64,000 nucleotides of DNA, taken from the human T2T-CHM13v2.0 reference genome, Homo sapiens. The stretch is taken from the NCBI RefSeq assembly GCF_009914755.1, contig NC_060935.1; one strand, 5' to 3'. Under the pieces are notes generated by a model. It did not search any database. It was not told the DNA's origin and saw nothing but the letters and a program-made list of their open reading frames with translations. Position numbers and translations under genes: made by a program. Shown here one piece after another: positions 12,327 to 28,181 of this stretch; position 1 is the stretch's first letter, and each line of letters starts with the position of its first letter.

Positions 12327-13244
12327 AATTTGCAGAAGTGACATCACAAGGAGTTAGCGTGGGACCAGGAAGAACTCCAGAAAGGGAGGAATGCCCTCTG
12401 CCTTGCCTCTGCAGTCTGCGCACAAGCAAGGAAAGGCCCCTCTATGGACCTCGCTGGCCGCCACCACAGTGTGTCCCTACCTGCGCCAGCAGCAGAGCTC
12501 ACCTGCCCCACCCAACCAGGATCCTGGAACTGTGTGGCCACTCCCTGGGGAATGGCCCCTAGCTACATATTCACCTACTCTTTGCTTGAAATCTATGTTG
12601 ATTTCCAGAGCTCATCTTTGGCAGTACTCACCGCACTGCAGTTCTCTGGATGCTTGTCTGTTCCTCCAGGTAAATGTTTCACAAACTTCTGAAAGAGGAA
12701 GAGCACCAATCTGTTGCCTCTGCCAATTTCCATTGTATAAATACTCCGATCATGGCTGATTTCAGGCTACCAAAGTAATAGGAACTAGTTCACAAAATTC
12801 CTGACAGTCTAACAGTCAGCTCTCACAAGCCAGTGTGAGCTGACTCCAGCACACCCAGGCTCCCCCATACACTAGTAGCCGTTTGAGATGGAGTCATGTC
12901 TTTTCTTTTTATGCCAGATTCCCACTACCTATGTGGTCTTCGTTTTTAATTGAAAAACTAATCAATGATGTCTCCAGATAAATTTCCTTGTCCTCTTAAA
13001 ACCTACCTAATTTTAGTAAATTTGGCAACTTCAGTGAGAAGGATTTAGAGGGGCAAGTGGAAGTCTCCTGCCTTTCAACCTCACACCACAGTGATGTGTT
13101 CATAAATTAAGCATCAGGAAAATATTGATGACTATGTCTATCATGTGGCCATCCTTAGCAGAAAGAGAATTATCGTAAATCTCCATCCATGCCTCAGAAC
13201 TGATAGAGCAATTCAGAGGTGTCAGTTAAGAAATAGCATTGATT

Positions 13245-13552
13245 GGCTGGGTGCAGTGGCTCACGCCTGTAATCCCAACACTTTGGGAGGCCAAGGCAGG
13301 AGGATCACTTGAGGCCAGGAGTTAAATCAGCCAGAGCAACACAGCAAGACCCCATGTCTGCAAAAACTTTAAAAAAAAATTAGCCAGGTACGGTGGCATA
13401 TGCTTGTAGTCCTAGCTACTCAGAAGGCTGAGGTGGGAGGATTGCTTGAGCACAGGAATTCAAGGCTGCAGTTAGCCATGTTCATGCCACTGCATTCTAG
13501 CCTGGTTGACAGAGCAAGACCCTGTCTAAAAAAAAAAAAAAAAAAAAAAAAA
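13245..13552 (+). mobile_element. Alu (AluJ-like)
   Basis: ggctgggtgcagtggctcac...polyA; TSD aaatag(c/t)attgat. Confidence 0.93.
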
Positions 13553-13692
13553 TTAAATAGTATTGATCTCTTGTGGGGAGAGGAAAAGAAAAAACATTTT
13601 ATGTCTATCTTCATTCTCTGTTGGTTCATTAGGTTAAAAGGGCTGGCTCCTAGCTTGGAAATAATTATCTAAAGAAAGGTCACTTTTTTCTT

Positions 13693-14568
<876 letters not shown>

Positions 14569-16357
14569 AGTCCTTCTGACTTGTCTACCAAATTGACACT
14601 CCTCTGTTGTCCAAACTCTTGGCAATTAACAAGCTCCATTTTCCACAATATCTATTTTGAGAAGTTGAGGCCATGTAGCCCACATGGGGCTGCTCTTCCA
14701 ATCTTCACCTGTCCTTTTCTGCTGGAGCAAAGGATCTGGCCAACACAATTCTATCAAAACTATCATGGGTGAATGCAAGCTGGTCGATAGAATGACTCTG
14801 TCAAATCAGTGAGTCAAGGGAAAATTATCATTTTTGGTGACGAGTTTTGAATAACTGGTAGTTTGGGTGTACAACAGATCAGTTTTCCAACCTACATATG
14901 CAGCTTGAAGCAGTTTGGTCTATTTCTCAAAATCCTTCCATTTTGGTCTACATTCTTTTGCTTTTAAAATTCTAATTAATTTTCAGTCAGTTATGCCTAC
15001 TGTATAATGTTTGTGATAAAGAGAATTTGGAACAACGTGACTATCTAATAATAAGTGATAACTTGGAACTGTCACTAAATTAAGACAGCCTAACAAGCCA
15101 AACAGGAACAAGCGGCTTAAAAATGAAAAATTCTTAAACTTTAAAAAAAAAAAAAGGTTCCTTTAATTTTTTTGTACTGTTACTCGAGAAGTTGGCAGTC
15201 TTCAACCTGCTAGGGGGCCCTCACCGGAGCCCCACCATGCTGGAGCCAAACTTCCAACTTCTAGAACTGTGAAAAATAAATTTCTGCTGTTTATAAAGAA
15301 CTTAGTCTATGGTACATTGTTATAGCAGCCCGAACTTATTAAAACAATGTACAAATACACATAGGTAGATGAGAGTTATATAATATATATTTTATATTAA
15401 AATATGCTATGTTTTATATATATATAAATGTGCTATATTTTATATGTTGCTCTGAAACTTGCTGTGTTTACTTAGTAGTATGTCTGGGACATCTTCATGG
15501 ATCAATGCCATATCCTTTTTAATGGCTATATTTCTTACCATGTAATGGTCATTCCATAATTTATTGAATCACACTCTTATTGATGGACTGTTTTATGTTT
15601 TGCTATTACAGATCTTCCTATGAACATCTTTGTGCAGATGTGCACAAGTGTTAGGATTTTTGAAGGATAGAGTTCTGGAAGCAGAATTTTTAGGTCAAAG
15701 GGAATGTCCGTTTTTAAGTCTGAGAGTTTCTCCCCATTTTTCCTCTTATTTTGTTGAGTTTTTAATTTTTGTAAATGGAGGAAAGCCTTAATGGTTTTCC
15801 CAGATAATAATCCCACCAAGTTACACACACTAGGCAGCAATCTATGTAGCTCACTGTCTTCCCAAGGGTGTGGAGCTGGCCCAGTGGACTGGAAGCCACA
15901 CTGCTGCTGTAGATTCCCAGGTGACCCTGGGCTTGGGACTACCATGGCACCTTGATGCCACCATGAGGACTGGCTCTCTGTCTCAACTTCTATGAACATT
16001 ATCACCTGTGCTACTCCTCTCTGCCTGTCCAGGGACAGGTGCGCAGAGGAGAGCCAGATAGCAGAACCCCTTCTCTGAAGCACCAAATGCCAGGCTCCCA
16101 GGCCGTGCATTTGGATAGGAAGGTCCAGGAAAGATAGATGCTATCCAGAAAAACTTAAGCAATTCTCCAGAGCCTAAATGCTGAGCTCTACTCATAACAT
16201 CAGGCCATGTATGGATGGTCATAATTCTATAACCTTGAGATTGTTTATCTCTATCATGTAGAAAAACATAAAGGAATTCTTAAAGCATGACTTTCCCTAT
16301 GAGGTTCATCAGGAGCAATTGTACTACTTAGGCTGTAGACTTAAGGTCTCCACCTAT

Positions 16358-16510
16358 TTCCTCAAATTGTGGTCCACAGACCAGCAGCATTAGCCTTACT
16401 AGGGGGTTTGCTGGAAATACAGAATGCCAGACCCACTGAATCAGAATCTGCATGTCAACAGGTTCTCCAGGAGATCCGTATGCACTTTAACATCTGGGAA
16501 GCACTGCTTT
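16358..16510. mobile_element. MER5A-like hAT DNA transposon
   Basis: ctcaaattgtggtccacagaccagcagc...ctgaatcagaatctgcat...gggaagcactg. Confidence 0.7.
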
Positions 16511-18198
16511 AGATTTTTCACTTGGAACAGACACTGAATAGTTGTGTGAACTTGGATGAGTTAATCACTCTGTTGCTCATTTGCTGCATCTGCAAGACAG
16601 GATGATTACAAGAAGACAATGATGCAGCACATACAAAGAGCTTAGTACAGTGTCTGACAGTAATAAGCATGTAAATAGTTACTACATGTTATTTTTCTTA
16701 ATTTTCATTCAGCTTCCACTGTGTAGAATGGGCTTTAATCATTTCCAGGCGTCGCATCTAGCCTGGCTGCTGGAGAAACAGTTCAGTTCATAATGATTTA
16801 AAAAATTTATAAAAAAGAAAAATCCTTTGACTTAAAGCTCAGGTAATCTCTGGAGCCATAATTTCTGAGAAAATTATTTGGAGCATTATCCAACATCTTT
16901 AAATAAAAGTGTTTTATGCAGATAGGAGTTCCAGGGCTTTGATGCAGTTGTGTATCTGTATTGAGGCTCATCACCCCTCTCACCCAGTGATTTTCTGATG
17001 AAGCCAAGGCTCTGATCAATTTCAGGAGCTGCTTCTTAAAGTGGAGACTTAAGACTGTATCATTTCTGTGACCCAGAAAGAAACAGCATTTAACTAGGTC
17101 ACAAGAGAATTCAGTGACAGGTGAAGGGATCTTGGTGTATGAGAAAGCTAGCAGTTTGGATGCTTGTTGTAAATTGTAGGAAGTTGACTTTGAGAGGAAT
17201 GGGATTTAAATGACCAAAAAGGACAGCAACTTGAAGGACAAAACTGAAATTCAGTGATAAGATTTACTGTGTACGTAATTCACCTAGCACAGAAAAGTCT
17301 TAGAATGGGCTCTAAACACAAAGGGACTTTTACATGTCTCAGAATATAATTAATTAAGAATTCAGGATACAAGGTAATTAGAGAAACCATAACCTGGAGG
17401 CATACTGCTGAATTATTCTGATCATTTTTAACAATGAGAAAATCTAATTTTCTGGTCATGTGCCATAGATTTTAAATTTAGATAATGTGAAGAGCAATGT
17501 TCATACAGTGCAGTCAGCAAATTAAATTATTTATTTTGATTTTGACTTTCCAGCAAAAATCAGGATCAAATGATTAAATCTAAGTCATGAAAATTATTGT
17601 GGAACTGAAAAAATACTTGAGAGAAAAATGTAGAAATTGCAATTGAATCTCATGTCATCCTTAACATAAAGCTGCCAGTGTTGCTCCCTTTGTAATAACT
17701 GTGCACATGTGTGCGTGTGTGTGTGTAAATCTATTTCACTATCTGATGTTATACACTGGGGCAACGGAAAATGAATGAACTATTTCTGTATATAATGGAG
17801 GTGATGTTGAGTTACTGATGAATTACGCCAGCTTCTCCAGACAGGAAGAGGTTGTACATTTTTTTATCTCCAATTAGTGCTCATTGAGTTAAAAATTAAA
17901 AACTAAATTCACTTTTTGATGAACCCAATATTCACAGATGTGCTCCAATCTACTGTAATTACTGAATTATCCATTTTTACATTATTTCAGGCATTGCTTA
18001 TAGAAATATTTCCAAGTATCTTTGTGATGCTTTGTATTAATTAGTTGTCTAGCATGCATTTTCAAGACTGCTAGAATGATTTTACAATCATCTAACCTCA
18101 TTTTGTATCTGTAAATTCCTATTTTAATTGCACTATCAAGATTTCCCAGTGCCCCACTGAGAGCTTTGGTTTCAGAGAGACCTAGATTTGACTCTCCC

Positions 18199-18659
18199 TG
18201 CTGTGGGTTACATTGTATTCTCCAAAAAAGACATGTTGAGGTCCCAGCCCCCAGTGTCAGTGGATGTGATCTTATTTGGAAAGAGGGTATTTGCAAATGT
18301 ATTATAGTTAAAAATGAGATCATATTATATTAAGGAGTTCCCAATCCAAAATGACCATTATCATTATAAGAAGAAGGAAGGAGACATAAACACACAGATG
18401 GAGATGGGGGCAATGCCATGTGAAGATGGAGACAGAGATCGAACAGATGTGTCTGCAGGACAAGGAATACCAAAGACTCCAGACTCTAGGAGAGAAGCAC
18501 AGAACAGTTTCTCCCTCAGACCCTCCAGAAGGAACCAACCGTGCTGACATCTTGATTTTGGAATTCTAGCCTCCAGAACTGTGAAAGAATCAATTTACAT
18601 TGTTTTAAAACCACCCAGTTTGTGGTATTTTGTAATGGCAGCTCTAGAAAATGGATACA
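18199..18659 (+). mobile_element. MLT1 (MaLR) solo LTR
   Basis: Typical MLT1 3' end cttgattttggaattctagcctccagaactgtga...gtggtattttgtaatggcagc. Confidence 0.8.
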
Positions 18660-18677
18660 CCTTCTGGCCAGGTCTGA

Positions 18678-18997
<320 letters not shown>

Positions 18998-20191
18998 GCA
19001 AGAGTATTTTTAACTTCTCTGGATTTCTGATTTCTTTTTTTTTCTTTCTCTTTTTTTCATTGTTATTGTTGAATTTCTCTTCAGAATACTGAGTTTGACA
19101 ACCAAAACTATATCTACCTTACAGAATCAGAATGGTGGTTAAATTAGATGAGGTTTATATGAGTGCTTAGCACTGTGCCTGGCACATGCTGTGCTGTGAT
19201 TCTAGTTTCTCCTCAGTTCAAGAAGCCTGGAGATAAGAAATACAGCCCAATAGTGAGCCAGCTCGGTCAGTCCATTCTGCATCGCTATAAAGGAATACCT
19301 GACACTGGGTAACTCGTAAAGAAAAGAGGTTTATTAAGACTCATGGTTCTGCAGGCTATAAAGGAAGCAGGGCACCAGCATCTGCTCCTGATGAGGGCCT
19401 CAGGAATCCTACAATCATGGCAAAAGGTAGAGGAGAGTCAATGAGTCACATGGTGAGAGAAGAAGCAAGAGAGAGACGCAGAGGAGCCAGGCTCCTTTAA
19501 ACAACCAGCTCTCTTGTAAACTAACAGAGTGAGAACTCATTATTATTCCTCACAAGGAATATATTCTATTTTTTATTGTGTATATTTTAAATAATTTTCT
19601 TGAGCTTACAAAGTCATCATAACCAAGTTTTAATGATTTGGCTTCTTTATATTTGAAAGCCATGGATAAGTTTATGGAAGTTGAAGCTTTCAAGATGGAG
19701 AGCTGAGGGGAAGTGGTGGTAAGGAGAATCCTTAACCTTCTAAAACTGGCATCAAGGAGGACTTCTGTCCCTTTACCTGGGACATCCCTGGATCATTGGC
19801 CTGTCCACTGGGGTAGGGGCTTGTGCTCAAGAATGAGAGCCTTTGGAGATGTGGATGCTGCCAAGGGGCCATGGGAGACCTTCAGGCCAGGGCCTAGCAC
19901 CTTACTGGTCACAAGGAATGGGAACTTCCCAAAACTTCATACTTTGTTCAGAGGCAACTTCCTCGAATTTCTATGAGGGCTTTCTTGAAGCCGCTTTGGT
20001 AGGGCCAACACCTTCTCGGGGTTCATGTTTGTTTGGGGTGGCTGAAGGAGATCATGGAGCTCTAGCCCCTCCCCCAACCAAGTCACCCGTTGGCGTGCCC
20101 ACTAATAACATGCTTAGTCTCAGGGGACACTCAGAAGAACCACTCCTCTCCTCTCCCTGATGTGTCACTACACAACTAAACCCCAAGCTTC

Positions 20192-20635
20192 TTATATTAG
20201 TCAGGGTTCTCCAAAGAAACAGAACCAATGTATATATACATATATATATGTAGAGAGAGGGAGAGAGAGAGAGACAGAGAGAGACAGAGAGAGATTTAGT
20301 CTAAGGAATTTGCACAAGTGATTGTGGGGAAGTTTGGTGAGTCCAAAATCCAGTGGGGTAGGCCCACAGGCTGGAGACTCCAGCAAGAGTTGTGATGCAG
20401 TCTGTCGGCAGAATTCCTTCTTGCTCAGGGGAGCTCCTCAGTCTTTGTCTTACTAAGGCCTTCATTTGACTGGATGAGACCCACCCATATTATGAAGGAT
20501 AATTTGCTTTACTCAAAGCCCACCAATTTAAATGTGAGCCTCATCTAAAAACATTTTCACAGAATAATGTTTCACCAAATATCTGCCAAGCTGGTACAAA
20601 AAGTTAATCATCACACTCCTCAAAAGCAGGAAACC
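20192..20635 (-). mobile_element. MLT2 (ERVL) LTR with internal (TA)n/(GA)n
   Basis: tattagtcagggttctcca...aattaaccatcaca-like ends. Confidence 0.75.
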
Positions 20636-20686
20636 CCACTCTCCTAGTAGCCTGAGGCTGGGGGGATGATCCATATTCTTTCTATA

Positions 20687-21201
20687 CAGTTGACCCTCGA
20701 ACAAGGTCGAGTTTAGGGACACACATTTCCTCAAAGTCAAAAATTCACACATGACTTCTGACTCTCCCCAAAATTAATTACTAATAGCCTATTGTTGACC
20801 ACAAGCCTTACCAATAGCATAAACAGTCTATTAACACATATTTTGTGTACATATATAAAATATATATATACACACATATATATAAATTATAGTGTATTCT
20901 TACAATAAACTAGTGAAAAATGTTATTAAGAAAATTATAAGGAAGAGAAAATATACTTACTATTTATTAAGTAGAAGTGGGTCATTATAAAGGTCTTCAT
21001 CCTCGTTGCCTTCACATTGAGTAGGCTGAGGAGGAAAAGGAAGAGGAGGAGGGGTTGGTCTTGCTGTCTCATGGGTGGAGAGGTGAAAGAAGTAGAGGAG
21101 GTGGAAGGGGAGGCAGGTACATTTGGTGTAACTTTTATTGATTAAAATCCACTAAAGATGAACCCAAGCACTTCAAACCCATATTGTTCAAGAGTCAAAT
21201 G
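20687..21201 (-). mobile_element. Tigger2-family DNA transposon
   Basis: cagttgaccctcgaacaa...ttgttcaagagtcaaatg TIRs; reverse-oriented homolog of 11890-12326. Confidence 0.75.
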
Positions 21202-23479
21202 TATTTTTATTTAACTATAAAAGTAATCTATACAAATTTTAAATCAGAAGACAAATAAAGAAGAAAACAAAAGTCTTTGCTATCCCCAACTTACTCCCAA
21301 GAGGCACCCCAGATACTGCTTTGATGCATATCCTTCCTGTCATTTTTCTTCTGTATGTGTGAAATTTGTTTTACAAATATGGGATCCAACTGTACACATT
21401 ATTCTGAAACTTGCCTTTTTAACCTGGTGGGAGTCTCTGGACATCATTCCATTCTTATCACATTCTTTTAGCAGCTGCATAATATCCCACCAGATGAATG
21501 CACCCTAATTTATTTAATAGCCCCCACTTATTTATATACATTTTTCATTATTTTCAGTTTGGGACAATCACAAACAATACTGCAATGAATATCATTCAAC
21601 ATATTTTAGCAATCCTATTCCAGTATGTTGTACAATGAAGATCTAATAATAAACTTGTTATATCAATGAGTATAACTATTTTAAATGTTGCTAGATATTG
21701 TCAAGTTAATAGGTGCTTAAGAAATGCGTGTTGAATTGATTTGAAAAGACACATAGTTCTAAAGCCACGATAGAAGAGGGGGAAAGGATAGTGACATGGA
21801 AAGGGAAGGAAAGAATCCAGAAAGTTGAGAATATTTCGATCCCAATTTGCATCTTGCTCTGCTGATGCTATAGACAGTACATTGTACCTTTCAGGCCTCT
21901 GATGGTTGTGCAAAATTACTCCAATTAGGGAAGCTTCATAAAGGCAGAGCTCCATTTTGTCATTAATGTAACTCAATCTCCTAGAACAGAACCTAATACA
22001 AAGATGTTAGATAAATATTTGTTAAATAAATAAATGCATGAAAACCAGGAACCTTGGAGGTTAACTTAAAGAGGATATGCAAACTATCTTGCATGTCATA
22101 TGCACTGAGTGCATCTTCTAATTATAAGGGTATCATGGTACCTACCCTTATACTAGCAGATGCTGAATTGCACCATCAGTATTAGAACAGTGAGTAAATC
22201 CCAGCTTGCTGCCTGCAAAGCACGTACCTTCTTCCCACTGCCACATTTGTAGTGCCCTTGGCTAAGAGACTGCATCTGGAAGTAGGATTCAGGCTCCAGG
22301 CATAGGCTGAAATTCACACAAGGACAGGGTCAAATAACTGACAGCAGCACAGTTTGGCATAAGCAAGACAAGGGTTCCTGCAAGATTTAAGCCTGGCCTA
22401 GGGCTACATTTTTCACTGAGCCTCTGGTTGCTTGCTGTGTGGGGCATGAGGGGAGGGAATATGCATGTTTTCTTCTGCAGAATTTCCTCTTGCAATGTAC
22501 AGACCGGTTTTCATCATGGCACTGAAAAAGGTGGCAAGAACATGGTGTAGGTTCTGCCACACACCCTGTAACTGTGGCAATTATACCATTTTGGATAATT
22601 GCCTTGTAATTGCTGCTGTGAGTTAAAATCTAATGTTATCCTCCAATTGTTCTGATGTCTTTTCATGAATAATGCAATCACCCCGTGAGCCCTCTGCCAG
22701 TTTCTCGTTTAGATTGGCCCTGTGTTTGAGTTATGCACCATTATCCTACTCACCATTGTCTCACAAAACAAATGCGGCAGAGACAATACAGGAAATAATT
22801 GGGACTTGGCTGATTATGGAAAATGGGAATGTGAGTGAGTAAGATGTGAAGTTTTTCTGTGGAAATATTTCCAAACCCCAGTTGACCCTACAGGTATACA
22901 GGATGGAGAGGGGCAGGTTTTTCTTCATGGGTCTTAGTCTGCTGCTGTCTATGTATGCTGGACACACTTGTTCTGGCTGATGCAGTGGGACTTTTCTTAG
23001 AACAGAAGGAAAACATATTTTTCCATAGGGCGATTTTCTCAGTTATACTGTTGTCATCATCAAATGTAAACAGCTCTGTAAACATAAGCTGGTGTGTCTC
23101 CCTGCAAGGCCAAAATACCAATTGTTCAATGAATGGGCAATGGCAGCTGGGATTTCTGTTTCCAGTGTCTGGAACTTGGTTTAATATGACAAAAAGAAGT
23201 CAACTGCGTTCAGAAGAATGGCAATAGAGTCATTTTAAAATTTCAATTTAGCTTCTACCCAGAAAAGGGACAACCTCAGGTGGTAGAGTATTGCTTAGTT
23301 ATTTCTATGCCAGTGAAACTGATGCCATCATTACTGGGCCTTCTGAGGCCTAATGAAAGTGGACAGAGGTACCCCGGCAGCCAATGGAGCTTTCAGGTCA
23401 GGTCTAGTCTTGATGTTCTTTTTGCATAAGGGCCCAAGTTAAGTTTCTGAGAAAGCTCAAAGCCTGCACTTCTCATTTA

Positions 23480-23910
<431 letters not shown>

Positions 23911-26900
23911 TCAGAGCCAGCCATACTGGCCTCCCTGCTGAGTCCTGTATGGGCCATTCTACATGTTTTTTTAGAGGTTGACTTTTTTACCTCTAGAATC
24001 AGTTTTCTCTGATTCCTCGAGCTTCATTGTGGCCCCTGTTATGTTCTTCCATAGCCTCCTGAAGTTAGCCCTATCACGGCATTTCTAACATCACATTATA
24101 ATTTTCAGAATACTTATTTGTCTTCTTTGCCAGACAGTGAGACCTAGGTGGGCAAGACAGTGTTCAACGCAGCTCAACCACAGTTTTCATCAATGAAATC
24201 TGGTAAAAGAGGAAGTGAATGAATGAATGGATAGGTGACACCCCATCCTCCTTGCTTTAGTTGGGTGGAGTAAGCCGGGTGCCCGCTGTGAGTCTGAAGG
24301 ATCAGGAGCCATAAGTGCTAGCCTGGGGTGCCAAGTGGCTGGTGCTGGTGAGGTCTGTGTGTCTTCCCAGGGCAAGGTCCCTTCCCACAGGCATAGACCA
24401 CCCCAGGGAGTCAGGTGTGAGCTGCACAGCCTCCCAAACTGGCTTGAGGAGATGGGTTTAGAGTCAGCCAGAAAGAAACTTTGTTCGAGCTCTGGAGTCT
24501 GACAGGGACAAACAAAAATCTGATTGCCAGAGCATTTTCTCTTGGGTCTGAGATAATTCAGGTAAGCTCTGCAGCCAGGGGCTGCCGGGAAGAGAGGAAA
24601 CTATAGGGCGCAGCAGGCTGTCACCAGAGAAGGTGATGGGAGGAGAGCCAGGGAGCTCCCCCACTGCTGACCCATGACTGGCAGGAAAGCTCATGCCAGG
24701 AAAGTAAATCTGGGCTTCTGGGAAGTGGGCTGGCTATGTTGGGGGCAGCATGACCTCTCAGAGAAGAGTGCATCCAAGGACTTCGAATGCAGTGTCCCCA
24801 TGAGATATGTGGTCTGCAAGATAGTTTTATTCTAGACCATAGGGGTGGTTGTTTAACATTTGAAGCACCATAATTGGGAACACACACTCTAGAGGTGGTT
24901 ATGTAGCATGTGACAGAGTAATCAGAAGCCCCCACTCCAGGAGCTTTATTACCGCAAGCCTCAGACAAGCTCAACCTTATTTATCTCCAGTCAGCACCAG
25001 ATGGTTTGTTGTTTGTCATATTGGATATTAGAAAAGATTTTGTGTTGGTGAAATGAGCGGAGTTCAAGACCTGTAGATTAACTAGAACTATTGTACAGGT
25101 GTCTCTGTGGATAAACAGGTGAGCCCAGTAGCCCTGACCCTTTGAACTGGCAGCCAAGACCTAAGGACTCCATCCTGCTGAGAGCCATTTCCAGAGGATT
25201 GTCCCCACCCGAAGGCCAGCTGAAGCCTGCTGCCAGGATCCGGTCACACCTGCATGCAAAATGCTCATCAGAGACTGAAAGGGTAGGATGCCGAGACTTC
25301 AAACCACACAACAGACATGTGATTGTTTTGTACCTGCTAATTCAGTCTGAGACGTGTTTCATTGTGCTACCTGGTGGCAGGGGTGGGGTGAGGAGGATCT
25401 AGCAAGCGATGGCCTCCAATATCTGTCAGAAAAGAACCTAATAATTGTAACTGGCCAATATGGCTTGTATCCATTTCCCACATTACAAAGAGGCCCTGGA
25501 CCAGCAGGCACTGGAGTTGTGGCCTAAGATGACTACAAAGTTTTTTCTCAGATAAAAAGTCAGAACTCTTACGTCCTAGTGTACATTGCTGTAGCTACAG
25601 TTTGGTACAAAACTTTGGCCAGTTCTGCGGCGCTATGCTTGCAGTGCTGCACAGAAGTGTTCTTGGAGTTTCTAATGAGATGACATTCCCCACTTACCAG
25701 TATTTTCTGTTATGTTCATTCTACTAGGTGTTTTGAGGCTCCCCCTTCTTCCTGAGCAGTGAGAAATGACAGAGTAGAGAATATGACACTTGGGCTAGGT
25801 ATAGTGTCTCATGCTTGTAATCCCAGCACTTTGGGAGGCTGAGGCGGGAGAATCCCTTGAATCCAGGAGTTCAAGACCAGCCCCTGGGCAACAAAATGAG
25901 ACCCCCTATCGATAAATAAAAAAGTAATTAAATTAAAATAATGTTAAAAATAATATGGCACTTGGAGGATTAACCCTGATAGTTTTAGTTTTCTTTTTAA
26001 ATTAAATTGTTATGATATCCTTAAGAAACAAGCACTAAAACCATGATTATTCTTGAGAACTAAGAGTAAATTGACATTCAGTCATTCACTTGCTTTAGCA
26101 CATATATAGTGACATTCATTCCCTACTGAGCAAATGTTCATTGAGTACATATTAGAGACCCAGACACTGATAGGTTATATGTTTAGCTCCCCAGTCATTT
26201 TTAGCAAAGCTGTAGTTGTGATTTGTAGAAGACAAAATAAAGTGTTCTGGACAAAAAAGACTGTATTGAACAGGCCCGGGAAGGAAGTGAGGAATACAAC
26301 AGGTGAGCATTCTGCATTCTGTCCCTGCACAGCTCCTGCACCTGCCTGGCTCTCCCGTGCAGGCTGAATGGCCTTTGATGACATTGACAGGCTTGAGGTG
26401 TTCCAAAGCTTGGTCCAGCTCCCATTAGGCACTGATTCATGCTGATAACAGCTGGAATTTTGACAGGCTTCCCAGCACTGAAGACAGGTGAGCTTCTTAA
26501 TGCCTGGCCTAGTGACAGCTCTGATATGTCATCCTGCTATTATTTCCAGGTTTGTGCTGGGTCTCAGGTTTCCCAAGAGATTTGCACTTGAGAGGGAAGC
26601 AACATGACAGACAGGAACAGGTAAGGTTATAGTTATTGATCAGTGAGAGAAATAGCCCACTGCACTCCTAGTCTAACCCTGGGACACCAGAATCTCAGGA
26701 ATGGGCAGGAAATGATGGCATTCCCAATCTGACCCAGAAAGGACTCCAACAGTCCTCCTGGGAATAAAACCATTTTCATAGTCAGCATTCTCAATGTTTG
26801 AAGCTTAATTGTTTTCCCAATCATAAAACAGATCACAATCATGCAGTTGATTAATTTCCCTTTCCAGGTGGAACAGAATCTATGTGCACATCCTAGCACC

Positions 26901-28033
26901 TCCTAGCAGATGCTTAGGAACAAAAGATACTCTTTCCATGTAGAATTGCTCCCCTGATTATGTCATCCCTTTATTCCAGACCATTTCTAACCACCCCAGC
27001 ATCTCTAATAACAGGCAATGCATCCCCACATCTCATCGGGCAAACTCCATTCTTCTAATTCCTCAGGCCAAAGACCTGGATGTCACTCTGGACTTCCCTT
27101 CCTCATACCCCACATCCAATCTTTAGAGATTTCTGTCAGCTCCACCTAAAAAATATATTCAGAACCACCTCTCACCATTTAACTCCATGACTACTCCTCT
27201 GGTCCAAGTCATCATCTTGCTTGGATTATTGTTGTAGACTCCATTTGTCTCCATAATTTCCATTCTTCATGGTCTGCTCCCCATCTCTACTATTTTCTTT
27301 GCTTATTTTCTTCATGCACTATCACCTGATATTTGCCTTCTGTCTCCACCCACTCAATAAGTACATGGGATCAGAACAGCATCTGGTGCATGGTAAGTGC
27401 CAATATTTGATGGACGAATGGGTTAAGAACACATTGCCTGCAGACCCTGGGTCCTGTCTCCCAGGATATGCTGAATGAGCACATAATTTAGCTTAGTAAG
27501 CTCCATGAAAAGTTATCCTGTTGCACCCATTAATTGACAACAACAAGATCAAAGATTGTAAGAACTGCAACTGTTCATTCCTTACCCTCTAGGCATATTA
27601 ACCTAACTTAAATTTAACATGTTGGGCACCAGCTTCTGAGCCCAAGTTCTAAATGAGCTAGTTAGAGTCTCCACCTCACTGCATTAGCTGAATAACCTTC
27701 AGCACTGAATGATGGTTATACCAAAAATCATACAATAGAGTTGGACCAATCTATTGGCACTAAGATCCTACCCCAGTGTTGTTATGAGTATGCTTTTCAC
27801 ACCTCAAAACCATCCACCTACTTTATAGGGAGGAGACACCACAGAGGGAACGAAATGGGAGAGAGGTTGGAATGATACCCTGGATATGAGAATAAGGTAG
27901 ACAACCCTGAATTGTTTTATGACCCTGGGAAGCCTATGGGCTTTAAATAATAATTATCCTGCCTAGAAGTTCTCCATCTACCCATGCTTTCTTCTTTGAA
28001 AGAAACCAGGGCAGCTAGTCAAGTTTTATCCAC

Positions 28034-28181
28034 TTTATTTAGGAAATACATACATTCATTGAATGTTTAGTTATTGGGGGGGAAGGAGGAGCTGAGGACA
28101 CTGCAGAGAGGAGGGTGGGCTTCATTTCTTGCTGGCTTTTGCTGCAAACTTGGTGACCTTGCCAGCAGTGGAGGACTTCTT
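28034..28181 (-). pseudogene. Stranded 3' end of eEF1A relic: last 19 codons + stop + 3'UTR + AATAAA
   Basis: Minus strand 28181->28122 reads KKSSTAGKVTKFAAKASKK* (cf. eEF1A1 [20 protein letters not shown]); AATAAA on minus at 28039-28034. Confidence 0.88.
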